NCBI GenBank assembly: GCA_020724585.1
Contig: DYGS01000001.1
Location: 219,139-283,138 of the forward strand
DNA length: 64,000 nt
Source of the DNA: Candidatus Microgenomatus sp.
Lineage (GTDB): Bacteria > Patescibacteriota > Microgenomatia > UBA8517
Direction: 5' to 3'
Every line of letters starts with the position of its first letter. Position 1 is the first letter of the stretch. Shown here piece after piece: positions 1 through 8,968 of the stretch. The notes beneath the pieces are model-generated. The model was given only the letters and a program-made list of their open reading frames with translations, was not told the origin of the DNA and ran no database searches. The translations under genes were made by a program, and so were the position numbers.

Positions 1-1
1 A

Positions 2-1039
2 GGAGATCCTTCATCGGCACTTCTTGAGGCACTGGATCCGGAACAAAACAGAGAATTTTCGGATCATTATTTAGAAGTTCCTTTTGATTTGTCTGAAGTC
101 TTTTTTATAGCCACAGGAAATGTTTTGGATACCATTCCCCAGGCTTTAAGAGATAGGATGGAAATAATTCATTTTGCCGGCTACACAGAGGATGAAAAAT
201 ATCAAATCGCCAAAAAGTTTATTTGGCCAAAACAGTTAAAAAATCATGGAATTGACGATAAGAAAATTGACATATCAGATAAAGCATTGAGGGAAATTAT
301 AAACAGATACACAAGAGAGTCGGGTGTCAGGCATCTGGAGAGAAATTTAGCTTCAATTTTGCGAAAAATTGCAAAACTTGTTGCAGAGAAGAAGAAATAT
401 CCAAAACTTGTAAAGACGCACCATGTTTTAAAGTTTTTGGGACCTCACAAATATTCGTCGTTAATTGCTGAGAAGAAAAATGAGGTTGGAATGTCAACAG
501 GATTGGCTGTTACAAATGCTGGAGGAGAAATTTTATTTATAGAAGTTTCAGTTATGCCGGGAAGGGGAAGGCTAACGCTTACAGGTCAGCTTGGGGATGT
601 AATGAAAGAATCGGCTCAAGCGGCTTTTACCTGGACCAGGGCGAATCATAAACTTTTGGGTCTAAAACCTGATTTTTCCCATAAAATTGATGTTCATATC
701 CATGTTCCCGAGGGAGCCGTTCCAAAAGATGGGCCAAGTGCAGGAACTGCCATAACAACAGCACTTGTCTCCGCCTTAACTAAAATTGCGACAAAGAGAG
801 ATACGGGAATGACAGGTGAAATTACGCTTCGGGGCAAGGTTACAGAAATTGGAGGTTTGAAAGAGAAAACAATAGCAGGACATAGAGCAGGCTTAAAAAC
901 TATAATTATTCCAAAAGACAATAAAAAAGATATGATTGATGTCCCTGACAAAGTTAAGAAAGATATTGATTTTATTTATGCAACACAAGTTGAAGATGTA
1001 CTGTCAAATACTCTCACTAAATGGCCGATCAAAAATTAA
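2..1039 (+). CDS. lon: ATP-dependent Lon protease, 5'-truncated by the window edge
   Basis: Frame is open from nt 2 (GDPSSALLEALDPEQN). Contains AAA+ 'LRDRMEII' and protease motifs 'HIHVPEGAVPKDGPSAG' (catalytic Ser) and 'IGGLKEK'. Confidence 0.97.
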   Translation, partial: GDPSSALLEALDPEQNREFSDHYLEVPFDLSEVFFIATGNVLDTIPQALRDRMEIIHFAGYTEDEKYQIAKKFIWPKQLKNHGIDDKKIDISDKALREIINRYTRESGVRHLERNLASILRKIAKLVAEKKKYPKLVKTHHVLKFLGPHKYSSLIAEKKNEVGMSTGLAVTNAGGEILFIEVSVMPGRGRLTLTGQLGDVMKESAQAAFTWTRANHKLLGLKPDFSHKIDVHIHVPEGAVPKDGPSAGTAITTALVSALTKIATKRDTGMTGEITLRGKVTEIGGLKEKTIAGHRAGLKTIIIPKDNKKDMIDVPDKVKKDIDFIYATQVEDVLSNTLTKWPIKN

Positions 1040-1047
1040 CTGGATTA

Positions 1048-1554
1048 CTAATTTAAAGAATATCTTTTGGTTACTTCCTCAATAATTCTAGTAGTTGACT
1101 GAAGTTTATCATATTTGTGAGTTATTTTTTTGAAGACACAATCTTTAATATGTTTTTGACGCTCCTTAAAATCTATTTCGAATCCAAAATTACGCCCACA
1201 TGTTACATATGAAGGGTAAAACCTGTTGTAAAGGTCAATAAAATATCTATTATTCATATCCAAGCTATCATTGATTGCAAAAACAAAATCAATAGACTTG
1301 TTTTCTAATAAGACTTCTATTCGCTGCTCTAAAGGAATTATTGGTCTATTACGACCTTTGTAACTTCTAATTCTTTCATCTGAATCTATTCCTACGATTA
1401 AATAATCTCCAAATCTTTTAGATTGTTTCAGAAATTCCATGTGCCCTATGTGGAGAAGATCGAAGGACCCGTGGGTTAAAACTATATTTTTACCATGATT
1501 TTTCAATTGGTTGGCTACATCTATTAGAGTGCTTGTTTTTAAATAACAGGCCAT
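1048..1554 (-). CDS. Cytidylyltransferase-like nucleotidyltransferase (RfaE/TagD-type domain)
   Basis: GSFDLLHIGH (HxGH motif), 'KGRNRPI', C-terminal 'STTRII'. Confidence 0.85.
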   Translation of the reverse strand: MACYLKTSTLIDVANQLKNHGKNIVLTHGSFDLLHIGHMEFLKQSKRFGDYLIVGIDSDERIRSYKGRNRPIIPLEQRIEVLLENKSIDFVFAINDSLDMNNRYFIDLYNRFYPSYVTCGRNFGFEIDFKERQKHIKDCVFKKITHKYDKLQSTTRIIEEVTKRYSLN

Positions 1555-1567
1555 ATGTGTTTATATT

Positions 1568-1576
1568 TGCTATAAT
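1568..1576 (+). promoter_or_regulatory. Extended -10 promoter (TGcTATAAT) for tRNA-Glu
   Basis: Consensus TGnTATAAT 11 nt upstream of the tRNA 5' end. Confidence 0.7.
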
Positions 1577-1587
1577 ACAACTTAATT

Positions 1588-1660
1588 GGCCCCATCGTCT
1601 AGTGGCCTAGGACACTTGGTTCTCATCCAAGAAACCTGGATTCGAATTCCAGTGGGGTCA
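1588..1660 (+). tRNA. tRNA-Glu(CUC)
   Basis: Acceptor GGCCCCA/TGGGGTC+A; D-arm with AGTGG; anticodon stem CTTGG/CCAAG around loop TT-CTC-AT; T-loop TTCGAAT. CCA is not encoded. Confidence 0.95.
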
Positions 1661-1675
1661 CACAATGAGAAGTTT

Positions 1676-1729
1676 CCTCAAAATATTGAGGCTAGAGTAA
1701 AATAGTTTTTATTGACAGTGAAAACTATT
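1676..1729. terminator. Two hairpins downstream of tRNA-Glu (possible terminator or processing structures)
   Basis: CCTCAA/TTGAGG at 1676-1691 and AATAGTTTT/AAAACTATT at 1701-1729. Confidence 0.4.
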
Positions 1730-1745
1730 GATACAGTCTGATTGC

Positions 1746-1774
1746 TTGACAAAGGGGAATTTAGGAGTTACACT
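1746..1774 (+). promoter_or_regulatory. Sigma70 promoter for the greA leader
   Basis: TTGACA (1746-1751), 17-bp spacer, TACACT (1769-1774). Confidence 0.8.
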
Positions 1775-1794
1775 CGAAACCGTTATTAATTTTT

Positions 1795-1851
1795 ATGACT
1801 ACTTTTTCCAACACATTTGCCGCTATAAGCCTTATTATTAAGGTCGGGTAA
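1795..1851 (+). CDS. Putative 18-aa leader peptide MTTFSNTFAAISLIIKVG
   Basis: ATG...TAA ORF in the greA 5' leader. It overlaps attenuator segment 1 and stops just before segment 2. Confidence 0.5.
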   Translation: MTTFSNTFAAISLIIKVG

Positions 1852-1908
1852 TTTGTTGGAGAGAGCAAAAGTTTTAAGTCTCTCCAAGAAGGAGAGATTA
1901 TTTTTTTT
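1802..1908 (+). promoter_or_regulatory. Transcription attenuator upstream of greA
   Basis: Mutually exclusive helices: 1802-1813/1854-1865 (12 bp), 1856-1864/1879-1887 (9 bp perfect), 1877-1885/1891-1899 followed by T8. Confidence 0.7.
1877..1908 (+). terminator. Intrinsic terminator in the greA leader
   Basis: AGTCTCTCC-aagaa-GGAGAGATT followed by A and TTTTTTTT, 21 nt before the greA ATG. Confidence 0.8.
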
Positions 1909-1929
1909 GAGACGAGGAAGTAAAAAAAT

Positions 1930-2391
1930 ATGAGAAAAAATATACAACTTACAGCAAAGGGGCTAGAGGCTCTAAAAAAAGAGCTTGAAGATTTGGTTAA
2001 AAATAAAAGACCAAAACTAGTAGACAGGCTATCAAATGCTCGAGCTCAAGGTGATTTGTCCGAAAATAGCGATTATCAAAATGCCAAAGAAGAACTGGAG
2101 TTCTTGGATGGTAAAATTGAAGAACTTGAAAATGTGGTTAAAAATGCCAAAGTCGTTGAGGAATTTAAAGGCGGCAAAGGTGTGAACATTGGTACAAAAG
2201 TAACTGTTCGCGTAAATGGCGTTAAAAATACATTTGAAATAGTTGGTGAATGGGAAGCTGACTTAAAATCGAAAAAGATAAGCCACACCTCACCTCTTGG
2301 CGAGGCGCTAGTCGGTAGAAATGTTGGTGATAAATTTGAAGTTGAAGCGCCTGCTGGCAAGTTGCAATATGAAATAATTGCCATTGAATAG
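1930..2391 (+). CDS. greA: Transcription elongation factor GreA
   Basis: 'LTAKGLEALKKEL', 'GDLSENSDY', 'ISHTSPLGEALVG', 'EAPAG'. Confidence 0.97.
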   Translation: MRKNIQLTAKGLEALKKELEDLVKNKRPKLVDRLSNARAQGDLSENSDYQNAKEELEFLDGKIEELENVVKNAKVVEEFKGGKGVNIGTKVTVRVNGVKNTFEIVGEWEADLKSKKISHTSPLGEALVGRNVGDKFEVEAPAGKLQYEIIAIE

Positions 2392-2416
2392 GCTTTTGGA
2401 ATATAATTATCTTTAA

Positions 2417-3862
2417 ATGAATGTCCAGAATAATGTTTACGAAGAAAGACTTTTAAAACTTCAAGAAATCAAAAAATTGGGAATTGATCCTTACCCTTCC
2501 CAAATTTCACTTGCCGGTCAAAGAATTTCAACCATTGGTGCAAAAGAGCTTATGGGTGAAATAGTTCTCGTTGCGGGCCGTGTAATGTCTATTCGTTTGC
2601 ATGGCGGTGTTTCATTCGTGGATTTGAAGGATGAGGAAGGTAATATTCAACTTTTTTTCCAGAAAAAAACTTTAGGAGAAAAATATAATTTAATTAAACT
2701 TGTAGACACAGGAGATTTTGTGGCTGCAAAAGGTGAAGTTATTAAAACTATTGCGGGAGAAATATCTGTTTTGGCATCAAATTTCGAGCTTTTGACAAAA
2801 TCTATTCGTCAACTGCCAAACACTTGGCATGGATTGAAAGATGTTGAAGAGAGGTATAGACAAAGATATGTGGATCTCTTGTTAAATGACGATCTAAAAA
2901 ATGTTTTTCGTAAAAAAGCCATTTTTTGGAATAGTTTTAGAAAATTCCTGCAAGAAAGGGATTTTTTAGAAGTTGAAACTCCAGTTTTGGAAAATACGGC
3001 AGGTGGAGCTGATGCTAACCCATTCGTTACCCACCATGATGCTTTGGATATTGATTTATATTTGAGAATTTCAATGGGTGAATTGTGGCAAAAAAGATTA
3101 ATGGTTGCTGGTTTTGAAAAAACTTTTGAAATAGGGAGGCAATTTAGAAACGAAGGACTTTCCCGTGAGCATCTCCAGGATTATACTCAAATGGAATTTT
3201 ACTGGGCCTATGCAAATTATGAGGATTCAATGGCCTTGGTTGAAGAGATGTATAAGTATGTTGCTAAAGAGACTTTTGGAAAATTAGAATTTGATATAAA
3301 CGGCCACAAAGTAAATATGAATGGCAAATGGAAAAAAATCGATTATACCTTAACAATCAAAAAGGAAACGGGGGTTGATATTGGTAAGGCTAGCGTTTCA
3401 GAGATCAAGGAGAAATTAAAAAATCTCAAAATTGAATTTGATGCAAAACTTGATAAACCAAGATTAATTGACCTGCTTTGGAAGAAAGTCAGAAAAGGAA
3501 TTGTGGGGCCAGTTTTTTTAGTTGGGCATCCAGTTGAAATTTCGCCGCTCGCCAAGCGGATGAAAAGTGATCCTGAAAAAGTTGAAAGGTATCAGGTTAT
3601 TATTGCTGGGAGCGAGATGGGAAATGGATACTCTGAGTTAAATGACCCGATTGATCAAGCAAAAAGATTTGAAGAACAACAAAAATTAAGAGACGCTGGT
3701 GATATTGAAGCGCAAATGAATGATTGGGATTTTGTAAGGGCTTTGGAGTATGGAATGCCGCCGGTTACAGGATTTGGAGTATCTGAAAGGTTATTTTCAT
3801 TTTTGGCAGATAAATCAATCAAAGAAACTGTTTTGTTCCCATTATTAAGGCCTGAAAATTGA
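2417..3862 (+). CDS. lysS: Lysine--tRNA ligase (class II)
   Basis: OB-fold N-terminus, 'RYRQRYVDL', 'FRNEG', 'GYSELNDPIDQ', 'LEYGMPP'. Confidence 0.97.
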   Translation: MNVQNNVYEERLLKLQEIKKLGIDPYPSQISLAGQRISTIGAKELMGEIVLVAGRVMSIRLHGGVSFVDLKDEEGNIQLFFQKKTLGEKYNLIKLVDTGDFVAAKGEVIKTIAGEISVLASNFELLTKSIRQLPNTWHGLKDVEERYRQRYVDLLLNDDLKNVFRKKAIFWNSFRKFLQERDFLEVETPVLENTAGGADANPFVTHHDALDIDLYLRISMGELWQKRLMVAGFEKTFEIGRQFRNEGLSREHLQDYTQMEFYWAYANYEDSMALVEEMYKYVAKETFGKLEFDINGHKVNMNGKWKKIDYTLTIKKETGVDIGKASVSEIKEKLKNLKIEFDAKLDKPRLIDLLWKKVRKGIVGPVFLVGHPVEISPLAKRMKSDPEKVERYQVIIAGSEMGNGYSELNDPIDQAKRFEEQQKLRDAGDIEAQMNDWDFVRALEYGMPPVTGFGVSERLFSFLADKSIKETVLFPLLRPEN

Positions 3863-3907
3863 CGATTTACTTTTTATAAAAAAGTTTGTAAACTGCATTT
3901 GGGTAAA

Positions 3908-4225
3908 ATGGCAAAAAGAGTTATCAAAAAAACAATTAAAAAAGAAACGCTTGGACCAGACGAGGCTAAAATGAAAATTTATGAGCTTCGCGGTGAGATG
4001 ACCCATGCAGTGATTGAATCTGTTGCAATTACAATTTTAGCTCTACTTTTGTTTATCGGTGCACCGTCGGTTTTCCCTGAGGTTATAAATCCCTACCTTC
4101 CATCGTCTCTTAAAATAATGCAGGCATTTATTGCAGTTCCTGCGGTTTTTTGGCTGGTTACAGTTTTTGGCAACATGGTTAGATATTTTAAGATTCTTAA
4201 ACTTCAAGATCTACTTAAAAAATAA
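3908..4225 (+). CDS. Small hypothetical membrane protein (2 TM)
   Basis: ATG at 3908, two hydrophobic segments, TAATG coupling to the next gene. Confidence 0.7.
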   Translation: MAKRVIKKTIKKETLGPDEAKMKIYELRGEMTHAVIESVAITILALLLFIGAPSVFPEVINPYLPSSLKIMQAFIAVPAVFWLVTVFGNMVRYFKILKLQDLLKK

Positions 4226-4785
4226 TGGTTTTGACACGAGAAGACGCATATAAATTGGTTACTTCATGGACAGAAAACAAAAATCTTATTAAACACATGC
4301 TTGCAGTTGAGGCTGCAATGGGTGGACTAGCAGAATATTTTAAAGAAGATCAGGCTTTGTGGAAATTAGTAGGACTTCTTCATGATGCAGACTATGAAAA
4401 ATATCCAGATCAACATCCAAAAATATTAATAGATGAGTTGGTAAAGAGGAAAGAGGATGAAGTGGTAATTAACGCTATAAAAGCTCATGCTTGGAAATAT
4501 AATAGCATGGACAGAGAGCCACAAAGTAGATTAGAATGGGCAATTTATACTTGTGATGAATTAACGGGACTTATCATTGCAGTAACACTTGTAAGACCAG
4601 AAAAGAAATTATCCGTGGTTACTGTTGATAATATCCTTTCAAAATGGGATAAAAAAGACTTTGCAAAAGGTGTAGAAAGATCCCAAATAGCAATGTGTGA
4701 AGAAAAACTAGGAATTAAACTAAATGACTTTATTCAAATCGTCTTAACTTCAATGCAAAGAATTTCGAACGATTTAGGGTTGTAA
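4225..4785 (+). CDS. HD-domain (HDIG-type) phosphohydrolase
   Basis: 'LIKHMLAVE', 'GLLHDADYE', 'AIKAH', 'DELTGLI', 'FAKGVER'. Confidence 0.9.
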   Translation: MVLTREDAYKLVTSWTENKNLIKHMLAVEAAMGGLAEYFKEDQALWKLVGLLHDADYEKYPDQHPKILIDELVKRKEDEVVINAIKAHAWKYNSMDREPQSRLEWAIYTCDELTGLIIAVTLVRPEKKLSVVTVDNILSKWDKKDFAKGVERSQIAMCEEKLGIKLNDFIQIVLTSMQRISNDLGL

Positions 4786-4811
4786 TATAAATACTTTTTA
4801 AAAATTTTCAG

Positions 4812-5054
4812 TTATGGAAATTGAGTGAATTTGCCAAAGTCTAATCTTGAAGATTTTAAGAATTTGGCGGCTTTTTCTGGAGACATGATACCATTTATCA
4901 CTTCACACTCTAATATTGGAGCTAGACTCGAAAACTCACGAGTTCTACCGTCATCCATTTCGATTGTTGCCGTTCTGGTTTCACCAAACCCCATAAAGCC
5001 CTCTTTCCTTCTACATGTAACTCCTTGTGCTTTGCAAATTGTGCAATCAGCCAT
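4812..5054 (-). CDS. Small hypothetical protein (80 aa, N-terminal CxxC)
   Basis: MADCTICK start is preceded by TGaTAAAAT 8 nt upstream on the minus strand; it fills the gap between the HD gene and serS. Confidence 0.55.
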   Translation of the reverse strand: MADCTICKAQGVTCRRKEGFMGFGETRTATIEMDDGRTREFSSLAPILECEVINGIMSPEKAAKFLKSSRLDFGKFTQFP

Positions 5055-5093
5055 ATATTGGGATTTTATCACTTCTTGAGATATAATCAAATA

Positions 5094-6329
5094 ATGTTGG
5101 ATATTAAATTCATTAGAGAAAATGTTGATTTTGTAAAAACTTCAACAAAAAACAAAGGATTTGATGAGACTGTTGTTGATAGGCTTCTTGCTGTGGATGA
5201 AAATAGAAGGAAATTAATCCAAGAAACAGAAGAATTAAGGGCTAAAAGAAACAAATTAACTAAAAATGATATTGAGGAAGGTAAAAAATTAAAAGAATCC
5301 TTAAAGGTAAAAGAATCTGAATTAGAAATAATTGAAAAGGATTTTAATGAACTAATTAATCAGATACCTAACCCTGCATTAAAAGATGCTCCAGTTGGTA
5401 AAAACGATAAAGAAAATGTAGAAATAAAAAAGTGGGGAGAAATTAGAAAATTTGATTTTTCTCCAAAAGACCATCTTGAATTGGGTACTAATTTGGGAAT
5501 TATAGATTTTGAAAGTGGGGCAAAAGTTGCAGGTTCTCAATTTTATTATTTATATGGTGATGGAGCACTACTTGAGCTCTCACTTACTATGTATGCATTA
5601 GAAAAATTGTCTAAAAAAGGTTTTCTTCCAGTAATTACTCCTGATTTGGCAAAAGCTAAATTTTATTTGGGTACAGGATACGTACCTAAAGGAGAAGAAG
5701 CTCAAACATATACAATTGAAAATGAAGACTTAGGTTTAATTGCAACTGCAGAAGTCACTTTAGCAGGAAAACATTCTGATGAAGTTATTCCTGAAGAGAA
5801 ACTTCCGATTAAATATGTTGGTTATTCACATTGTTTCAGGCAAGAAGCAGGAGCGTATGGAAAATACTCAAAAGGACTATATAGAGTTCATCAATTTAGT
5901 AAGGTAGAAATGTTTGTTTACTGTACACCTGAGAGTTCAGAAAAAATACATCAAGAGCTTTTAGCAATAGAAGAAGAAATCTATCAAGAACTGGGAATCC
6001 CATATAGAGTTTTGGATATGTGTACAGGAGACCTAGGAGCAATGGCTGCAAGAAAATATGATGTGGAGGCTTGGATGCCTGGAAGAAATGATTATGGTGA
6101 GATAACATCAACATCAAATGTTACTGATTATCAGGCAAGGAATTTAAACATCAAATACAAGAAAAAAGATGGAACAAATGAATTTGTGCACATGTTAAAC
6201 GGGACTGCAATTGTAATGTCTAGAGTTCCAATAGCAATTCTTGAAAATTATCAAAATGAAGATGGTAGTATTGATATTCCTCAAGTACTTCAAAAATGGA
6301 TGGGAAAGACAAAAATAGAAGCTAAATGA
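5094..6329 (+). CDS. serS: Serine--tRNA ligase
   Basis: MLDIKFIREN start, 'LIATAEV', 'CFRQEAG', 'GLYRVHQF', 'HMLNGTA'. Confidence 0.97.
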   Translation: MLDIKFIRENVDFVKTSTKNKGFDETVVDRLLAVDENRRKLIQETEELRAKRNKLTKNDIEEGKKLKESLKVKESELEIIEKDFNELINQIPNPALKDAPVGKNDKENVEIKKWGEIRKFDFSPKDHLELGTNLGIIDFESGAKVAGSQFYYLYGDGALLELSLTMYALEKLSKKGFLPVITPDLAKAKFYLGTGYVPKGEEAQTYTIENEDLGLIATAEVTLAGKHSDEVIPEEKLPIKYVGYSHCFRQEAGAYGKYSKGLYRVHQFSKVEMFVYCTPESSEKIHQELLAIEEEIYQELGIPYRVLDMCTGDLGAMAARKYDVEAWMPGRNDYGEITSTSNVTDYQARNLNIKYKKKDGTNEFVHMLNGTAIVMSRVPIAILENYQNEDGSIDIPQVLQKWMGKTKIEAK

Positions 6330-8122
6330 AAATAATAAAGTCCGAATTTTTAAGACTTTTTTCAATTACAAAATGGGTTGTATCAATCTATTTTAAAAAT
6401 CATCCTTTTCATATGGTCGTAAACCTGATTACGCATATGATTAATTCACTGTCAAATTTGACTAATGCCTATATTATTGCCCTAGCAACGGACAGAGCAA
6501 TTTATATTTTGGGACAAAAAAATTATGGAATTTATGATTTTTTACCGATTGTAATATTGATTATTGGTTCATATCTCTTCTTTCAATTTTCGGGGATCAT
6601 AAATACTTATGCTTGGAGGATTATATCCTATAAAGACTATTTTGTATTAAGAAAAATATTAATTAATAGGCTATCTAAACTTGGCATTCAAAATTTGGAA
6701 AATCCAGAGGTTGCAAATAAAACTCAAAGATTCAATGAAGAGCAAAATAACATTTTAGGTTATATGCAAAGTTTATTAAATATTGCCTCTGGTTTTATGA
6801 GTTTTATAGTTTCGGGATTAGTTATTGTAAGAACAATGCCTCTTGTTGCCGGCGCATTTTTTGTTGTGATGGTGGTTAAATTTATGGCAAACCAAAAATA
6901 CATAAGATTGTTGTGGGTTTTAAATAGGAATTTAACGGAGGAGAGAAGAAAAAATATTGGAGCGATGAATTATCTGGCCGAACCCGCCCCCCTAAAAGAG
7001 TTGATTTTGTCTCAGGGAACGAAATTTCTAGAGAATAAAATTGACAAATATGTAAACTTTGTTGTTGACCAAGTTGTGTCAATTAGAAAAAGATGGAATT
7101 TATCAAAGATAATTGGATCGATCTTGGATTCAGGTGTTTTTGGTTGGGGAATTATTGTTGTTTTACAAAGATTAGTTAATGGAATTATTAGTATTGGGCA
7201 ATTAACTTTTGAAATAAGGGCGTTAAGAATTTTCTCTGATTCATTTGGTAATTTTATGGGAGATTTGGTGGCACTTCGAGAGTCCTCAATTAAAATAGGT
7301 GACATATTAGATCTTTTTACCAAATATGAAGCGGATAAAGATGGAAACAAAATACTTAAGCAAAAATTGCCACTCATTAAATTTAATAATGTTAGTTTTA
7401 AATATCCAAATTCTGATAAATACATCTTTAAAGATCTTAATTTAGAAATTAAACCGGGAGAAAAAATTGCAATAGTTGGGGAAAATGGCGCAGGAAAAAC
7501 GACTTTAATTAAACTTCTCTGCCGTTTTTATAGAGTTAACAGAGGTAGAATTTTATTGTCAGAAGTAAATGTCAACGATTTAAAAATAAAAAGCTGGTAT
7601 AAAAAGCTTGGTGTTTTGTTTCAGGATTATAATGTCTATGGAGTATTAACTGTTAGAGAGAACATTGAAATTGACAGCACGGATAAAAAAGTAACAGAGG
7701 AAAGTTTGATAAAAGCGCTAAAAGAAGCAAACGCGATTTCTTTTGTGCAAAAATACAAAAATAAACTTAATCAAATACTTTCAGAAAGATTTAGCGGCGG
7801 AACCAGGCCGTCAACAGGACAATGGCAAAAAATTGCGATTGCTAGAGTGTTTCATAGAAATGCACCAATTCTTATTTTAGATGAACCAACGGCTTCAATT
7901 GATGCGGTGGCAGAAGCCAAAATTTTTGACAATATTTATAAATTTTCAAAAAATAAGACAGTTATTATTATTTCACATAGATTTTCAACTGTTAGAAATG
8001 CAGACAGAATAATAGTTTTAGACAAAGGAAAAATTATTGAACAAGGAAGCCATGAAGAATTATTAAAAATAAATGGAAAATATGCCAATGCTTTTAAACT
8101 ACAAGCAAGAGGGTATCAATAA
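6326..8122 (+). CDS. ABC exporter, fused permease and ATPase
   Basis: About six TM segments, then Walker A GENGAGKTT, signature variant PSTGQ, Walker B ILDEPT and H-loop ISHR. Confidence 0.92.
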   Translation: MKIIKSEFLRLFSITKWVVSIYFKNHPFHMVVNLITHMINSLSNLTNAYIIALATDRAIYILGQKNYGIYDFLPIVILIIGSYLFFQFSGIINTYAWRIISYKDYFVLRKILINRLSKLGIQNLENPEVANKTQRFNEEQNNILGYMQSLLNIASGFMSFIVSGLVIVRTMPLVAGAFFVVMVVKFMANQKYIRLLWVLNRNLTEERRKNIGAMNYLAEPAPLKELILSQGTKFLENKIDKYVNFVVDQVVSIRKRWNLSKIIGSILDSGVFGWGIIVVLQRLVNGIISIGQLTFEIRALRIFSDSFGNFMGDLVALRESSIKIGDILDLFTKYEADKDGNKILKQKLPLIKFNNVSFKYPNSDKYIFKDLNLEIKPGEKIAIVGENGAGKTTLIKLLCRFYRVNRGRILLSEVNVNDLKIKSWYKKLGVLFQDYNVYGVLTVRENIEIDSTDKKVTEESLIKALKEANAISFVQKYKNKLNQILSERFSGGTRPSTGQWQKIAIARVFHRNAPILILDEPTASIDAVAEAKIFDNIYKFSKNKTVIIISHRFSTVRNADRIIVLDKGKIIEQGSHEELLKINGKYANAFKLQARGYQ

Positions 8123-8128
8123 TTACAT

Positions 8129-8317
8129 TTAACTTGGCTTGCTAGCTCCATTATTTTGAGTGCCACAATGTTCGTCAATAATCATATCTAACTCTTTTTG
8201 ACCTATTCCTAATGTTTTTGCTAGCGCATTTAGTGTTAGTTCCCTAGACGAAAGGAAAATAATCATTTGTTCATATAATGTTTTTGGATCAGGTTTCTTA
8301 GGAAGATCGTTTTCCAT
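8129..8317 (-). CDS. Small hypothetical protein, possible HTH
   Basis: 'LTLNALAKTLGIGQKEL' is HTH-like; TACAAT lies 7 nt upstream on the minus strand. Confidence 0.5.
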   Translation of the reverse strand: MENDLPKKPDPKTLYEQMIIFLSSRELTLNALAKTLGIGQKELDMIIDEHCGTQNNGASKPS

Positions 8318-8343
8318 TTTGGGAATTGTAGTACAATTTGATG

Positions 8344-8940
8344 ATGCTTGGAACTACGATTTTAGAAGAAAGGGAATCTAAATATAATGGCCATATAAGA
8401 GTGCTTCGTACTTGGGGAATGGGTACTTATATTCAATCAGATGGTTTAACCCAAAGTGGGGGAATAGTAGAAAGCATCTGGCGACAGACGCTTGAAAATA
8501 TAAATTTCAAAAAACTAAATGCTAAATCAATTTTGATTTTGGGATTGGGTGGGGGCACCGTTGCAAAACTGCTTCGCAAAAAATATCCCAAAGCCAATAT
8601 TATTGGAGTTGAAATTGATCCAATAATGATTGAATTGGGTAGAAAATATTTAGATTTAGATAAATATGATCTGGATATAAAAATTTGCGATGCTGTTAAA
8701 TTTTTAAAAAATAATCGCAAAAAATATGACTTGTTAATAGTAGATACATATTTAGGGGATAAGTTTGTCGAGATCACAGGGTTGCACCCTGTGATTGCCG
8801 AAATTACGGTGTTTAATAGACTTTATTTTAAAAACAAAAAACAAGAAGCAATTGATTTTGGAAAAAAACTGGAAACGATGTACAGAAATGTAACTTGGTT
8901 TTATCCAACAACAAACCTCATGTTCATTTGCGAGTCTTAA
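8344..8940 (+). CDS. Class I SAM-dependent methyltransferase / spermidine-synthase-like protein
   Basis: 'ILILGLGGG', 'GVEIDP', 'CDAVKF', 'YDLLIVD'. Start could also be 8341. Confidence 0.85.
   Translation: MLGTTILEERESKYNGHIRVLRTWGMGTYIQSDGLTQSGGIVESIWRQTLENINFKKLNAKSILILGLGGGTVAKLLRKKYPKANIIGVEIDPIMIELGRKYLDLDKYDLDIKICDAVKFLKNNRKKYDLLIVDTYLGDKFVEITGLHPVIAEITVFNRLYFKNKKQEAIDFGKKLETMYRNVTWFYPTTNLMFICES
8773..8795. repeat. GC-rich intragenic palindrome (REP-like)
   Basis: ATCACAGGG-ttgca-CCCTGTGAT, perfect 9-bp arms. Confidence 0.65.
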
Positions 8941-8968
8941 CCTGTTAGAATTACATTGCGATAAAAAT

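Noticed and set aside
1588-1745. Integrated element at tRNA-Glu
   Set aside because: No integrase and no duplicated tRNA 3' end was seen; greA follows directly.
1781-1910. T-box or lysine riboswitch for lysS
   Set aside because: The leader is too short and lacks the T-box UGGNACC bulge and lysine-riboswitch architecture. lysS also has its own TATAAT at 2402.
4825-5079. 84-aa plus-strand ORF
   Set aside because: It overlaps the minus-strand ORF that has an extended -10 and a more protein-like sequence.
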